NCBI GenBank assembly: GCA_020249775.1
Contig: JADCFA010000019.1
Span: 27,463 to 91,462, forward strand
DNA from: Roseomonas sp.
GTDB taxonomy: Bacteria; Pseudomonadota; Alphaproteobacteria; Acetobacterales; Acetobacteraceae
Direction: 5' to 3'
Length of the DNA: 64,000 nucleotides
The translations under genes were made by a program, and so were the position numbers. Shown here one piece after another: positions 10,901 through 17,980 of the stretch. The notes below the pieces were generated by a model. The model was not told the origin of the DNA, made no database searches, and saw only the letters and a list, made by a program, of their open reading frames with translations. Numbering within the stretch: the first letter of the stretch is position 1; every line of letters begins with the position of its first letter.

Positions 10901-12513
10901 GCCTCCTTCGGCCCGGCCTCCGCCCCCAGCGTCGCACCGGCCGCAGCAAAGGCACGAATCCAGCCAGGCAACCGCCCCAGCAGCCGATCCACATCGGCCG
11001 GCCCGATTTCGGCCATCACGCCGCGCCAGGGGCTTTGCGCGCCGCCATCCGCTGCATAGCCGGCCAGCAACTTGATCGCATCGCGCCGCGCTTCAATCGC
11101 GCCCGCATCCCAATCCGTGACATTCGCGGCAAAATCCGGCGCGGCCACACCGCGTTGGCGCAAGCCAACCAGCGCGCCAATCACCTGATGCAGCGCTAGA
11201 CCCGAAGCACCGACCGTTGCGCGCATTGCCGCCGCATGGCGATTGATCCGCCCGCGCAAAGACCCAAGCCGGCGCACCACCGCATCACGATCAGGCTTGG
11301 GCGGCATGGGCAGGGATAGTGTCGCGCGCAATTCATCCAGCACCGCACGCTTTGATTGCTTTTCCGAATGTAATTCCAGGCAGGCGGCACCAAGGCCGAT
11401 ACTCTCCAGCCGGCGCTTCACTACCTCCAGCGCGGCGAGCTTTTCGGCCACGAACAAAACACTCCGCCCATCCAGCACGGCCTGGGCGATGATATTGCTG
11501 ATGGTCTGGCTTTTGCCGGTGCCGGGCGGGCCTTGAATAACAACATGCCCGCCGCGCCGGACCGCTTCCGCCGCAAGCGCCTGGCTGCCATCCACATCCA
11601 TCACATGATCAAGCCGCTCCACCGGGATTTCCGCATCCACGTCGGCGTCATCGGCAAAGACAGGCGGGATGGAAAGTGCCTCACCGCCCACCAGCGCGCG
11701 CACCATGGGGTGATCGGCAAGGCCCGGATTTTCCTCAGGCCCCAGGTCACGCCACATCAGAAATTTAGCGAAGGAGAATAGCCCAATCGCCAGCGCATCC
11801 GCATCCACCCGCCAAGTGGCGCGTTCCGTCACCAGCGCCGCGACGGCTTCCGCCCAGGCGGTGGGCGTATAGGCCTCAGCGTCGAAATCCGGTAGTGCGG
11901 TCTTGAAATTCACCTTCAGCATTTCGCGGAGCGATAGATTCTCCGCAATATCGCCCACCGTCCCGCGCAGCTTGAAATTCTGCGATACGCCCTCGCGCTC
12001 CAGCGCAACAGGCAGCAGCGCAAGCGGTGCGCGCCGTTCGGTCTCGGGTGTTGCGGGATCGCGCCAGATCAGCGCGCCAAGCGCCAGGTAAAGTGTCGGC
12101 ACGCCGGTTTCTTCGCGGGCCGTGCGCGCATCCTGCATGATGTCGCGCAGCCGGCGCACCAGATCAGCGGGTGGCAATTGCACGCGCAGCCTATCATCGC
12201 GCTGATAGTCTTCCCGCGCCGCATCGGCTTTGGCGGTGCCAATACCTTCCGGCTTTACCTTCGCGCTACGCGCGCGGCGCGGTTTGCCGGGGCTGGCTTC
12301 CTGAGGCACCGCTTCCGGCGCGGTGGCTGAGGCTTCAAAGCCAAAGGCGCGGCCTGCTTGCAGTGCGCCAAGCACGAAATCCGCATCCTCATCATCCAGA
12401 ATAATAACACCGCGCGATGCGCCCGGCTTTGGCAGTGAAAGCAGCCGGTTGCGCGTGGAAAGATCAAGCAAGCCCCTGCGGGCTTCTTCCAGCGCAGTGC
12501 GAAGATCCGTCAT
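7999..12513 (-). CDS. giant Upf1-like SF1 helicase with four parts: DUF4011-like N-terminus, AAA_11/AAA_12 core, restriction-endonuclease-like segment and DUF3320-like C-terminus
   Basis: - Walker A GPPGTGKS lies at 11509..11532.
- Helicase motifs LLVIDEASQV, VVVVGDDKQMPP, LRWHYRSRHESL, VQGDERD and LNVLITRAKK are present.
- The N-terminus LLDLSTRNRLLSLPK is typical of DUF4011.
- A nuclease-like segment YVLGIEADAG..RDRERGRASALEAMGWKLARAW lies at about 8608..8799.
- The start was chosen at the ATG at 12513 (MTDLRT); the ORF track start is 12537. Confidence 0.85.
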   Translation of the reverse strand: MTDLRTALEEARRGLLDLSTRNRLLSLPKPGASRGVIILDDEDADFVLGALQAGRAFGFEASATAPEAVPQEASPGKPRRARSAKVKPEGIGTAKADAAREDYQRDDRLRVQLPPADLVRRLRDIMQDARTAREETGVPTLYLALGALIWRDPATPETERRAPLALLPVALEREGVSQNFKLRGTVGDIAENLSLREMLKVNFKTALPDFDAEAYTPTAWAEAVAALVTERATWRVDADALAIGLFSFAKFLMWRDLGPEENPGLADHPMVRALVGGEALSIPPVFADDADVDAEIPVERLDHVMDVDGSQALAAEAVRRGGHVVIQGPPGTGKSQTISNIIAQAVLDGRSVLFVAEKLAALEVVKRRLESIGLGAACLELHSEKQSKRAVLDELRATLSLPMPPKPDRDAVVRRLGSLRGRINRHAAAMRATVGASGLALHQVIGALVGLRQRGVAAPDFAANVTDWDAGAIEARRDAIKLLAGYAADGGAQSPWRGVMAEIGPADVDRLLGRLPGWIRAFAAAGATLGAEAGPKEAEAALALNPALAAAPAHDATALKHEAWAGDLAPLAALVQALGDLQKAKADPQLLPGALDVVGITEARATLAEAGGVFGFLSGARRDAKALAARVARDAENPLPALDAALAGQAAREALRLGDALGRAAFGTLWQHEASDPAPLTALLAWRKTYGAAALTALAHGAKPADTAPLEKALAAFQEMQQATKFDGRIAFGMDEPSFTALAARLGDWAAAPEALDAWLGWRRAGASASGLEPLLERLADGRVAPEAAEDVFSFALYEGLLRAAMAEHPELAAFDGAAADRLVEDFREADRARITLTRAEAAYAHAQRVKEVRDGAQGMAVLRGEMEKKRGHLPVRELLLRASQAVQKAKPIFMMSPLSVAQFLSPPHGLRPGLSFDLLVIDEASQVEPVDALGAIARCRQVVVVGDDKQMPPTRFFQRMTGEEAEEAAEDASDVVAARDVESILGLCNARGLPSAMLRWHYRSRHESLIATSNAEFYDNRLFILPSPRARSAALGLSLRRVEGRFDTGGTGTNAEEARAVAEAVITHARETPGDTLGVAAFSIRQRDAILNAVEAARRDNADTEAFFSAHPDEPFFVKNLENVQGDERDSIMISVGYGRGADGKLAMRFGPLSADGGERRLNVLITRAKKRCIVFSSIGADDIDLARASGRGVATLKSFLAFAAAGEAPRTAAAKTQAAPIAAAIGKAIEAAGKEAVPRVGMAGLFLDVAARDSGNYVLGIEADAGDWAALRSARDRERGRASALEAMGWKLARAWSLSWYGRPEAEAARIAALLGAAPAAASVETAAPAPETGLVEPYREAAPDVPKSTAIADVPFATLAGILAEIITVESPITTESLAERVRLLWGLEALPTPARDALRQALALARQLHGVKEEQGFLLADGAAIVPRDRRAAGAHLRRAAAVSPREIAAAAEKLLALRPVTTEAELAAGIHRLLGLDANAQTAIAARLAGLIGAGVVKL

Positions 12514-12517
12514 GCGG

Positions 12518-12679
12518 CTATTTTTTCCGCAAGGCAAAGGTGATCAGCAGCACGCAGCCAACCAGCGCCAGAATGGCCAGCATGCCCTGGACAACCTCAA
12601 AATTCGGCGAGTCAGGATGGATGAAAATGGACGCAGCCGCGGCGCCCATCATCAGCAGGGTTTGCAGTATCCATTCCAT
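12518..12679 (-). CDS. hypothetical 53-aa two-TM membrane peptide, below the 60-aa cut-off of the ORF track
   Basis: My own translation is MEWILQTLLMMGAAAASIFIHPDSPNFEVVQGMLAILALVGCVLLITFALRKK. A G-rich Shine-Dalgarno (GAGGGG) lies about 7 nt upstream of the ATG at 12679. The TAG at 12518..12520 lies 4 nt before the helicase ATG. Confidence 0.35.
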   Translation of the reverse strand: MEWILQTLLMMGAAAASIFIHPDSPNFEVVQGMLAILALVGCVLLITFALRKK

Positions 12680-12766
12680 CAAAGCGCCCCTCACCCCTCG
12701 GCCAGGGCGGATGCCATGGCCGTGCGGTAGTCTTGCATATCCGCCACGCCAGTCGAGGGGTGATTT

Positions 12767-13291
12767 TCACGGAACCGAAGGCGGGTTGGGCAGGATGCGA
12801 TTTTCCAATACCTCGATACGCGACAGCGATGTCTTGAGCAGTGAAATCAGCTCCGCCACCTGCTGTTCGCGCAGCAGGTCCAGCTTTTCATGCAGCAGGC
12901 TGATTTCGGCCTCGGCGCGGATATTCACCTGGTAATCGGCAATGGACCGGATGCGGTCTATATCCGCCTGGCGGTTCTGGCTCATCATAATGATGGGCGC
13001 CGTATAGGCCGCCTGGAAGGATAGCATCAGGTTCAGCAGAATGAAGGGATAGGGGTCCCAGGCATTTCCGCCCGAGGCGATATTGGCGATCAGCCAGGCC
13101 AGCAATAGCCCCGATTGGATCAGGATAAAGCGCCAGGACCCGACCGTTTCCGCGACAAGGTCGGAAAGCCTTTCGCCGAGCGTCAGTGGCGGCGCCGGCC
13201 CTTCACCGCGCCGCCTTTCCCGGGCGCGCGACAGGGCTGTGCGCAAATGGCTATGGCGGCGCTGATGATGAGGTTCCGGATGCTCGGCCAT
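12767..13291 (-). CDS. DUF1003-family membrane protein
   Basis: It contains WRFILIQSGLLLAWLIANI..NAWDPYPFILLNLMLSFQAAYTAPIIMMSQNRQ and a C-terminal coiled coil. The ATG at 13291 is preferred over the TTG at 13309. Confidence 0.8.
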   Translation of the reverse strand: MAEHPEPHHQRRHSHLRTALSRARERRRGEGPAPPLTLGERLSDLVAETVGSWRFILIQSGLLLAWLIANIASGGNAWDPYPFILLNLMLSFQAAYTAPIIMMSQNRQADIDRIRSIADYQVNIRAEAEISLLHEKLDLLREQQVAELISLLKTSLSRIEVLENRILPNPPSVP

Positions 13292-13354
13292 GCAGAATTC
13301 CCCCTGCAAAGCGCGAAGTCTGCACCATTCATCCCGGCCGGAACATGATAAATA

Positions 13355-14782
13355 TCAACTCCGCCCGTAAGTATCCTCAAAGCGCACGATATCATCTTCG
13401 CCGAGGTAGGAGCCGGATTGCACCTCAATCAGGGTCAGCGGGATCTTGCCCGGGTTTTCCATGCGATGGATGCAGCCCAGCGGCAGATAGACGCTTTCAT
13501 TCTCCCGCAGCATGATGTCTTCCCCGTCACGGCGCACAATGGCAGTGCCGGAAACCACCACCCAATGCTCGGCGCGATGAAAATGCTTTTGCAGGGAAAG
13601 CTTGGCGCCGGGGCGAACCTCGATTTTCTTGACCTGGAAACGCTCACCCATGATCAGGCCTTCATAATGGCCCCAGGGGCGATAGGCGCGGCGATGTTCG
13701 GTCGCTTCCTTGGCACCACGCGCCTTCAGCCTATCCACCAGCTTTTTCACATCCTGCGCATGGTCGCGATGCATGGCCAGCACGGCATCATCTGTCACCA
13801 CCACCACGGCGTCTTGCAGCCCGATCACGCCGGTCAGGATGGTTTCGCTCCGCACATAGCAATTCTTGGCATCTACCAATTCAACGGGGCCGAGCGTCGC
13901 ATTGCCCGCCGCATCCTTCGGCTGAATTTCCCACAATGCCGCCCAGGAACCGATATCCGACCAGCCAATGGCAGCCGGCACCACGGCGGCTTTTTGCGTG
14001 CGTTCCATCACCGCGTAATCAATGCTGATGGATGGTGTCGCGGAGAAAGCCGCGGCTTCCAGGCGGATGAAATCCCCATCGCGCGCGGCACCGGCAACCG
14101 CAGCGCGGACACTCTTCAGCACCTCTGGCGCTTGGGTTTCAAGCTCGGCCAACATGGTCGCGGCGGTCGCGACAAACATGCCGGAATTCCATAAATGCCG
14201 CCCGGTTTTGAGAAACTCCGCCGCGCGGGCCGCATCGGGCTTTTCCACAAAGCGCGCGATGCGCTTCACGCCATCACTGCCCGGCAAGGCATCACCGGCT
14301 TCGATATAGCCATAGCCGGTTTCGGGCGCGGTGGGCTGCATGCCGAAGGTAACAATCGCCCCCGCTTTCGCTGCAGCGGCGGCCTTGGCCAGCGCGGCTT
14401 GCAGCGCCGCCACATCACCAATCGCTGCATCGGCGGCCATGAACCACAGCACCGCGCCGGGTGCGGTTTCCTCGGCAAGCAATGCCGCGGCGGCAATGGC
14501 GGGCGCGCTATTGCGGCCCACCGGTTCCAGAACGATGGCCGCACCCTTGTCGCGCAATTGTTCGGCCACCAGGAAGCGATGCGCTTCATTGCAAACAACC
14601 ATGGGCGGCAGGAAGCCCGCGCCTGAGCCCCGCGCGGCGGTTTCCGCCAGCATGGTCTTGTCAGACGCCAAGGGCCAGAACTGCTTAGGGTAGCTTTCGC
14701 GCGACAGCGGCCATAGCCGCGTGCCGGTGCCGCCGGAAAGGATCACGGGCAGGATTGGGGGGGAAGAGGCGTTCATGGGCAA
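13355..14782 (-). CDS. manC: bifunctional mannose-1-phosphate guanylyltransferase / mannose-6-phosphate isomerase
   Basis: It has the N-terminal nucleotidyltransferase motif ILSGGTGTRLWPLSR. The C-terminal cupin reads HRAEHWVVVSGTA..GSYLGEDDIVRFEDTYGR. At 475 aa it is the typical size. Confidence 0.9.
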   Translation of the reverse strand: MPMNASSPPILPVILSGGTGTRLWPLSRESYPKQFWPLASDKTMLAETAARGSGAGFLPPMVVCNEAHRFLVAEQLRDKGAAIVLEPVGRNSAPAIAAAALLAEETAPGAVLWFMAADAAIGDVAALQAALAKAAAAAKAGAIVTFGMQPTAPETGYGYIEAGDALPGSDGVKRIARFVEKPDAARAAEFLKTGRHLWNSGMFVATAATMLAELETQAPEVLKSVRAAVAGAARDGDFIRLEAAAFSATPSISIDYAVMERTQKAAVVPAAIGWSDIGSWAALWEIQPKDAAGNATLGPVELVDAKNCYVRSETILTGVIGLQDAVVVVTDDAVLAMHRDHAQDVKKLVDRLKARGAKEATEHRRAYRPWGHYEGLIMGERFQVKKIEVRPGAKLSLQKHFHRAEHWVVVSGTAIVRRDGEDIMLRENESVYLPLGCIHRMENPGKIPLTLIEVQSGSYLGEDDIVRFEDTYGRS

Positions 14783-14911
14783 TCATTACTCCGCATTCGG
14801 CGGCGCTTAGGGGCAAATCGGGGCAAAGCCAAGGCAGGGGCTTAGGGCGTTTCCCTGGGCGGGCTTCCGGTATAGAGCTTCTCGCCCGATTCAGCCTGAA
14901 AGTCGCCTGCC

Positions 14912-15349
14912 TTGGATAACCCTATTGCCCCCGCCATTCCGGAGGGCTTTGTGCCCCGCCCCGCCGGCGGGCCGTTTCTGGAACCCATTGGCCCCATCAT
15001 GATCCGGCGGGATCACGGGCCGCTTGCCTTTGGGCTGCGGGTCGAAAAGCGCCATTGCAACAGCAAGGACATGGCGCATGGCGGCATGTTGGCGACTTTT
15101 GCTGACCTTGCCTTGGGCATCGGCGGCTTCACCCTGGCCGGGGTGACGGGCTTCTTCACCACCATCAGCCTGAATTCGGATTATCTGGCGCCGGCCAAGC
15201 TTGGCACTTGGCCGCAATGTGAACCGGTGCTGCTGCGCCGCACCCGCACGCTGGTTTTCGCGCAAGGCGTCTGCATGGCGGATGGCAAGCCTGTGCTGCG
15301 CGCCAGCGGGGTTTTCGCCCTGCCGCGGGAGCCCGCGGCAGGCGCGTGA
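14912..15349 (+). CDS. PaaI-family hotdog-fold thioesterase
   Basis: It contains NSKDMAHGGMLATFADLALG and is about 145 aa. The start is a TTG, so the start coordinate is uncertain. Confidence 0.7.
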   Translation: MDNPIAPAIPEGFVPRPAGGPFLEPIGPIMIRRDHGPLAFGLRVEKRHCNSKDMAHGGMLATFADLALGIGGFTLAGVTGFFTTISLNSDYLAPAKLGTWPQCEPVLLRRTRTLVFAQGVCMADGKPVLRASGVFALPREPAAGA

Positions 15350-15358
15350 TCTACCCGT

Positions 15359-16144
15359 TCATACCACCGGGCTTTTGCCGCCATCCACATTGATGGCGGT
15401 GCCGCTGATGAAGCCGCCCTGTTCGCTGGCGAGCAGCAGCGCCATGGCGGCGAATTCCTCGGCCTTGCCGATGCGGCCAAGCGGCACGGCCTTGCCCTGT
15501 TCGGCCTTCCAATCTTCCCAGGTGATGTTGCGCTTTTCGGCGGCGTGGCGACGCACCCATTGGTCGCTTTCGATAATGCCGACCAGCATGGCATTCACCA
15601 GCACATTATGGGGCGCGAATTCATTCGCCATGGCCTTGGTGAGCGCCATGCCCGCCGCGCGAGACACTGAGGTAGGCGTGGACCCGCCCGGCGGTGCCTT
15701 GGCGCCGATATTGAGCACATTGATGATGCGGCCCCATTTGCGATCCCGCATGGCGGGCAACGCAAGCCGGGAAAGCCGGATGGCCGCAAACAGCTTCAGG
15801 TCCAGATCATCCTGCCAAAGCGCGTCTGACACCTCCAGGAAGCCGCCGCGCTGCGATGTGCCGGCATTATTGATCAGGATATCCACCTGGCCGAGGCCCT
15901 TCACCGCCGCGGCATAAGCGGCTTCGCAGCCTTCTGCCGTGCGGATATCGGCGGCAATGGCGGCGACCTTGGCGTTGGGCGCAGCGGCGCGGATTTCCGC
16001 TTCCGCCTTGGCAAGGCTTTCCGCCCCGCGCGCGACAATGGCGACATGCCCGCCCGATTCAGCGAACATCTTCGCCATGGCAAGGCCGAGGCCCTTGGAC
16101 CCACCGGTAATAAGCGCCGCGCGCCCGTTCAAGGTGATATTCAT
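15359..16144 (-). CDS. SDR-family oxidoreductase
   Basis: It has the Rossmann motif ALITGGSKGLGLA and NNAG. The start was chosen at the ATG at 16144 (MNITLNG). Confidence 0.88.
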   Translation of the reverse strand: MNITLNGRAALITGGSKGLGLAMAKMFAESGGHVAIVARGAESLAKAEAEIRAAAPNAKVAAIAADIRTAEGCEAAYAAAVKGLGQVDILINNAGTSQRGGFLEVSDALWQDDLDLKLFAAIRLSRLALPAMRDRKWGRIINVLNIGAKAPPGGSTPTSVSRAAGMALTKAMANEFAPHNVLVNAMLVGIIESDQWVRRHAAEKRNITWEDWKAEQGKAVPLGRIGKAEEFAAMALLLASEQGGFISGTAINVDGGKSPVV

Positions 16145-16211
16145 GGATCGCTCCCCCACATGATGGGGGCCATCCTGCCGGAAGTGGGGCGGGACGCAAG
16201 CGGTGGGGGGA

Positions 16212-16286
16212 TGGAGCGGGCGGGGGGAATCGAACCCCCGACATTCAGCTTGGGAAGCTGACGTTCTACCTCTGAACTACGCCCGC
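16212..16286 (-). tRNA. tRNA-Gly (anticodon CCC)
   Basis: I folded the cloverleaf by hand on the reverse complement.
- Acceptor stem: GCGGGCG/CGCCCGC.
- D stem: GTTC/GAAC.
- Anticodon stem TCAGC/GCTGA with loop TTCCCAA.
- T stem GGGGG/CCCCC with loop TTCGATT.
- The CCA tail is encoded. Confidence 0.93.
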
Positions 16287-16529
16287 GCCGCGGTGGGGAT
16301 ATACCCGCCAGGTTAGGGGTTGGGCAAGCTCCTCGGCATTGCGGGCCGGAATGGTGTTGTCAATTACGTCGGGGCACTCACGGTCCTCGCTTGTCTGGCA
16401 GGGGCGACGATTAAGGGAAAGCCTAGTTGAGCTAAATCTGCCCTTCCTGGGCTGCAACCGGCCCGTCCCTCACGGAACAAACCGATTTGCTCAAGATTGG
16501 ATTTCATCCACCCGTGATCTGGGCTAAAA

Positions 16530-17603
16530 ATGGTTAATGCCGCAATTCTCTTATTTATGCTCGTCGGTTGTGCGGTGAGCACCGCTGCCGGGTTAAAGGG
16601 ACAGCCCCCGTTCAAAATACTCTCTCTAAGCGGAGGGGGCTATCTTGGGCTGTATTCGGCTTCCGTGCTCGCGGCACTAGAAGAACGCATTGGAGAACCT
16701 ATTCACTCGCGCTTCGACCTCATTGCTGGAACGTCAGTCGGTGGCATCATCGCGTTAGGCTTGGCTGCTGGGGTCAGAGCCGCAGACATACGCGATACTT
16801 TTCGTTCGAAGGGCGTAGAAATCTTTTCTGGTCGGGGGGCGCCGAAGGGCCATTTCTCTGCCTTGTGGGACATATGCCGCTCCGTCCTGCGGCCGAAATA
16901 TAGCAATGCAGCACTGCGCCGAGTTATCGTCAGCTTGGTAGGTGAAGAGCGGCGCCTCGGCGATTTGGACCGCCCCGTCTTGATCCCCGCCGTGAACCTA
17001 ACAAAGGGAGGGCCGCAAGTCTTTAAAACGCCGCATCACCCCCACTTTCAGCGAGACAAACTACTCAAAGTTGTTGATGTCGCGCTCGCCACCTCAGCCG
17101 CTCCAACTTTTTTTCCTATTGTGGAGATCGAGTCATCTTTATACGCGGATGGTGGATTATTCGCCAATTCGCCGGACTTAATGGCAGTGCATGAAGCCGA
17201 ACATTTTTTCAAAATTCCCAGAGAAAGAATCCAGTTACTTAGTATCGGTACTACGACATCTTCCTTCTCGTTTTCTCACAGCACATCTCGCGAATTAGGC
17301 TTATTTGGGTGGGCGAAGAATCAAAGGCTTATCCAAGCGATGCTGGCATCTCAGCAGCAGATGGTACGCCACATGCTCGAGCATTCGCTGGAGGATAGAT
17401 ACCTTCGTATAGATACCTTCCAGTCCGCAGAGCAGCAGAAGGATTTAGTTTTGGATGTGGCGAACGAAGCGGCGCAGAAGACCTTGATCGGTTTAGCTGA
17501 TGCTAGTTCCCAGGGGGCCATCAACCAGAGGCTTGTCATGGCGATGCTTTCGCATCGAGCGGATACCACTTTGTTCATTGAACCCCGTATGGACCTGAGG
17601 TGA
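16530..17603 (+). CDS. patatin-like phospholipase, the CapV/CapE-type CBASS effector candidate
   Basis: - Oxyanion hole: GGGYLG.
- Nucleophile elbow: GTSVG, with the Ser codon at 16734..16736.
- Catalytic Asp: YADGGL.
- At 357 aa it is about the size of CapV.
- Its stop overlaps the next ORF.
- The start is ambiguous: ATG 16530, ATG 16557 or GTG 16575. Confidence 0.85.
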   Translation: MVNAAILLFMLVGCAVSTAAGLKGQPPFKILSLSGGGYLGLYSASVLAALEERIGEPIHSRFDLIAGTSVGGIIALGLAAGVRAADIRDTFRSKGVEIFSGRGAPKGHFSALWDICRSVLRPKYSNAALRRVIVSLVGEERRLGDLDRPVLIPAVNLTKGGPQVFKTPHHPHFQRDKLLKVVDVALATSAAPTFFPIVEIESSLYADGGLFANSPDLMAVHEAEHFFKIPRERIQLLSIGTTTSSFSFSHSTSRELGLFGWAKNQRLIQAMLASQQQMVRHMLEHSLEDRYLRIDTFQSAEQQKDLVLDVANEAAQKTLIGLADASSQGAINQRLVMAMLSHRADTTLFIEPRMDLR

Positions 17604-17608
17604 TTTGC

Positions 17609-17944
17609 ATGGGCTTAGCGTCAAGCTTTTTCTTTAGCTCGAATGATAGCGAGAAGCAGACATTATATCGGCGCGTTACCCCGACAGAGGCGCAATTCGA
17701 TGCACAAACAACACGTTGGAATGAGCTTGCCGAGTATCTGCTCTCGGACCTTAAATCAACCACCGGATATCCAACCAGAAGTTGGCTTCAGGGCAGCTAT
17801 AAATTTGGGACACAAGTCCGCCCGCCTTCCAAGTTTGGAGAATTCGACATTGACCTTGGGATATACTTTGAATGGGAGGGCAACCCGGATGCGGCAGGCT
17901 ATGACCCATCCGAATTGCAGGGACTAGTTCAAGACTGCCTCTAA
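17609..17944 (+). CDS. N-terminal fragment of the CD-NTase (GS and DxD motifs)
   Basis: This is the alternative description of the previous entry, as it would be called by a gene finder. It terminates at the TAA at 17942..17944. Confidence 0.55.
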   Translation: MGLASSFFFSSNDSEKQTLYRRVTPTEAQFDAQTTRWNELAEYLLSDLKSTTGYPTRSWLQGSYKFGTQVRPPSKFGEFDIDLGIYFEWEGNPDAAGYDPSELQGLVQDCL

Positions 17945-17980
17945 AGATACGCAAACGGTAGAGCGGAAATCAAGAGTGTT

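Noticed and set aside
16530-16575. Lipobox-like LVGC in the first 14 residues of the patatin ORF (MVNAAILLFMLVGC), which could indicate a lipoprotein effector
   Set aside because: There is no positively charged n-region, there are alternative in-frame starts at 16557 and 16575, and CapV-type lipases normally begin just before the GGG motif. It is more likely that the start is mis-called than that the signal peptide is real. This is unresolved without homolog alignment.
16266-16615. Small ORFs in the islet leader (16266..16457 minus, 16339..16527 plus, 16364..16615 minus), considered as possible third genes of the system
   Set aside because: They overlap the tRNA gene or the patatin start, use weak starts and have no Shine-Dalgarno or motif support.
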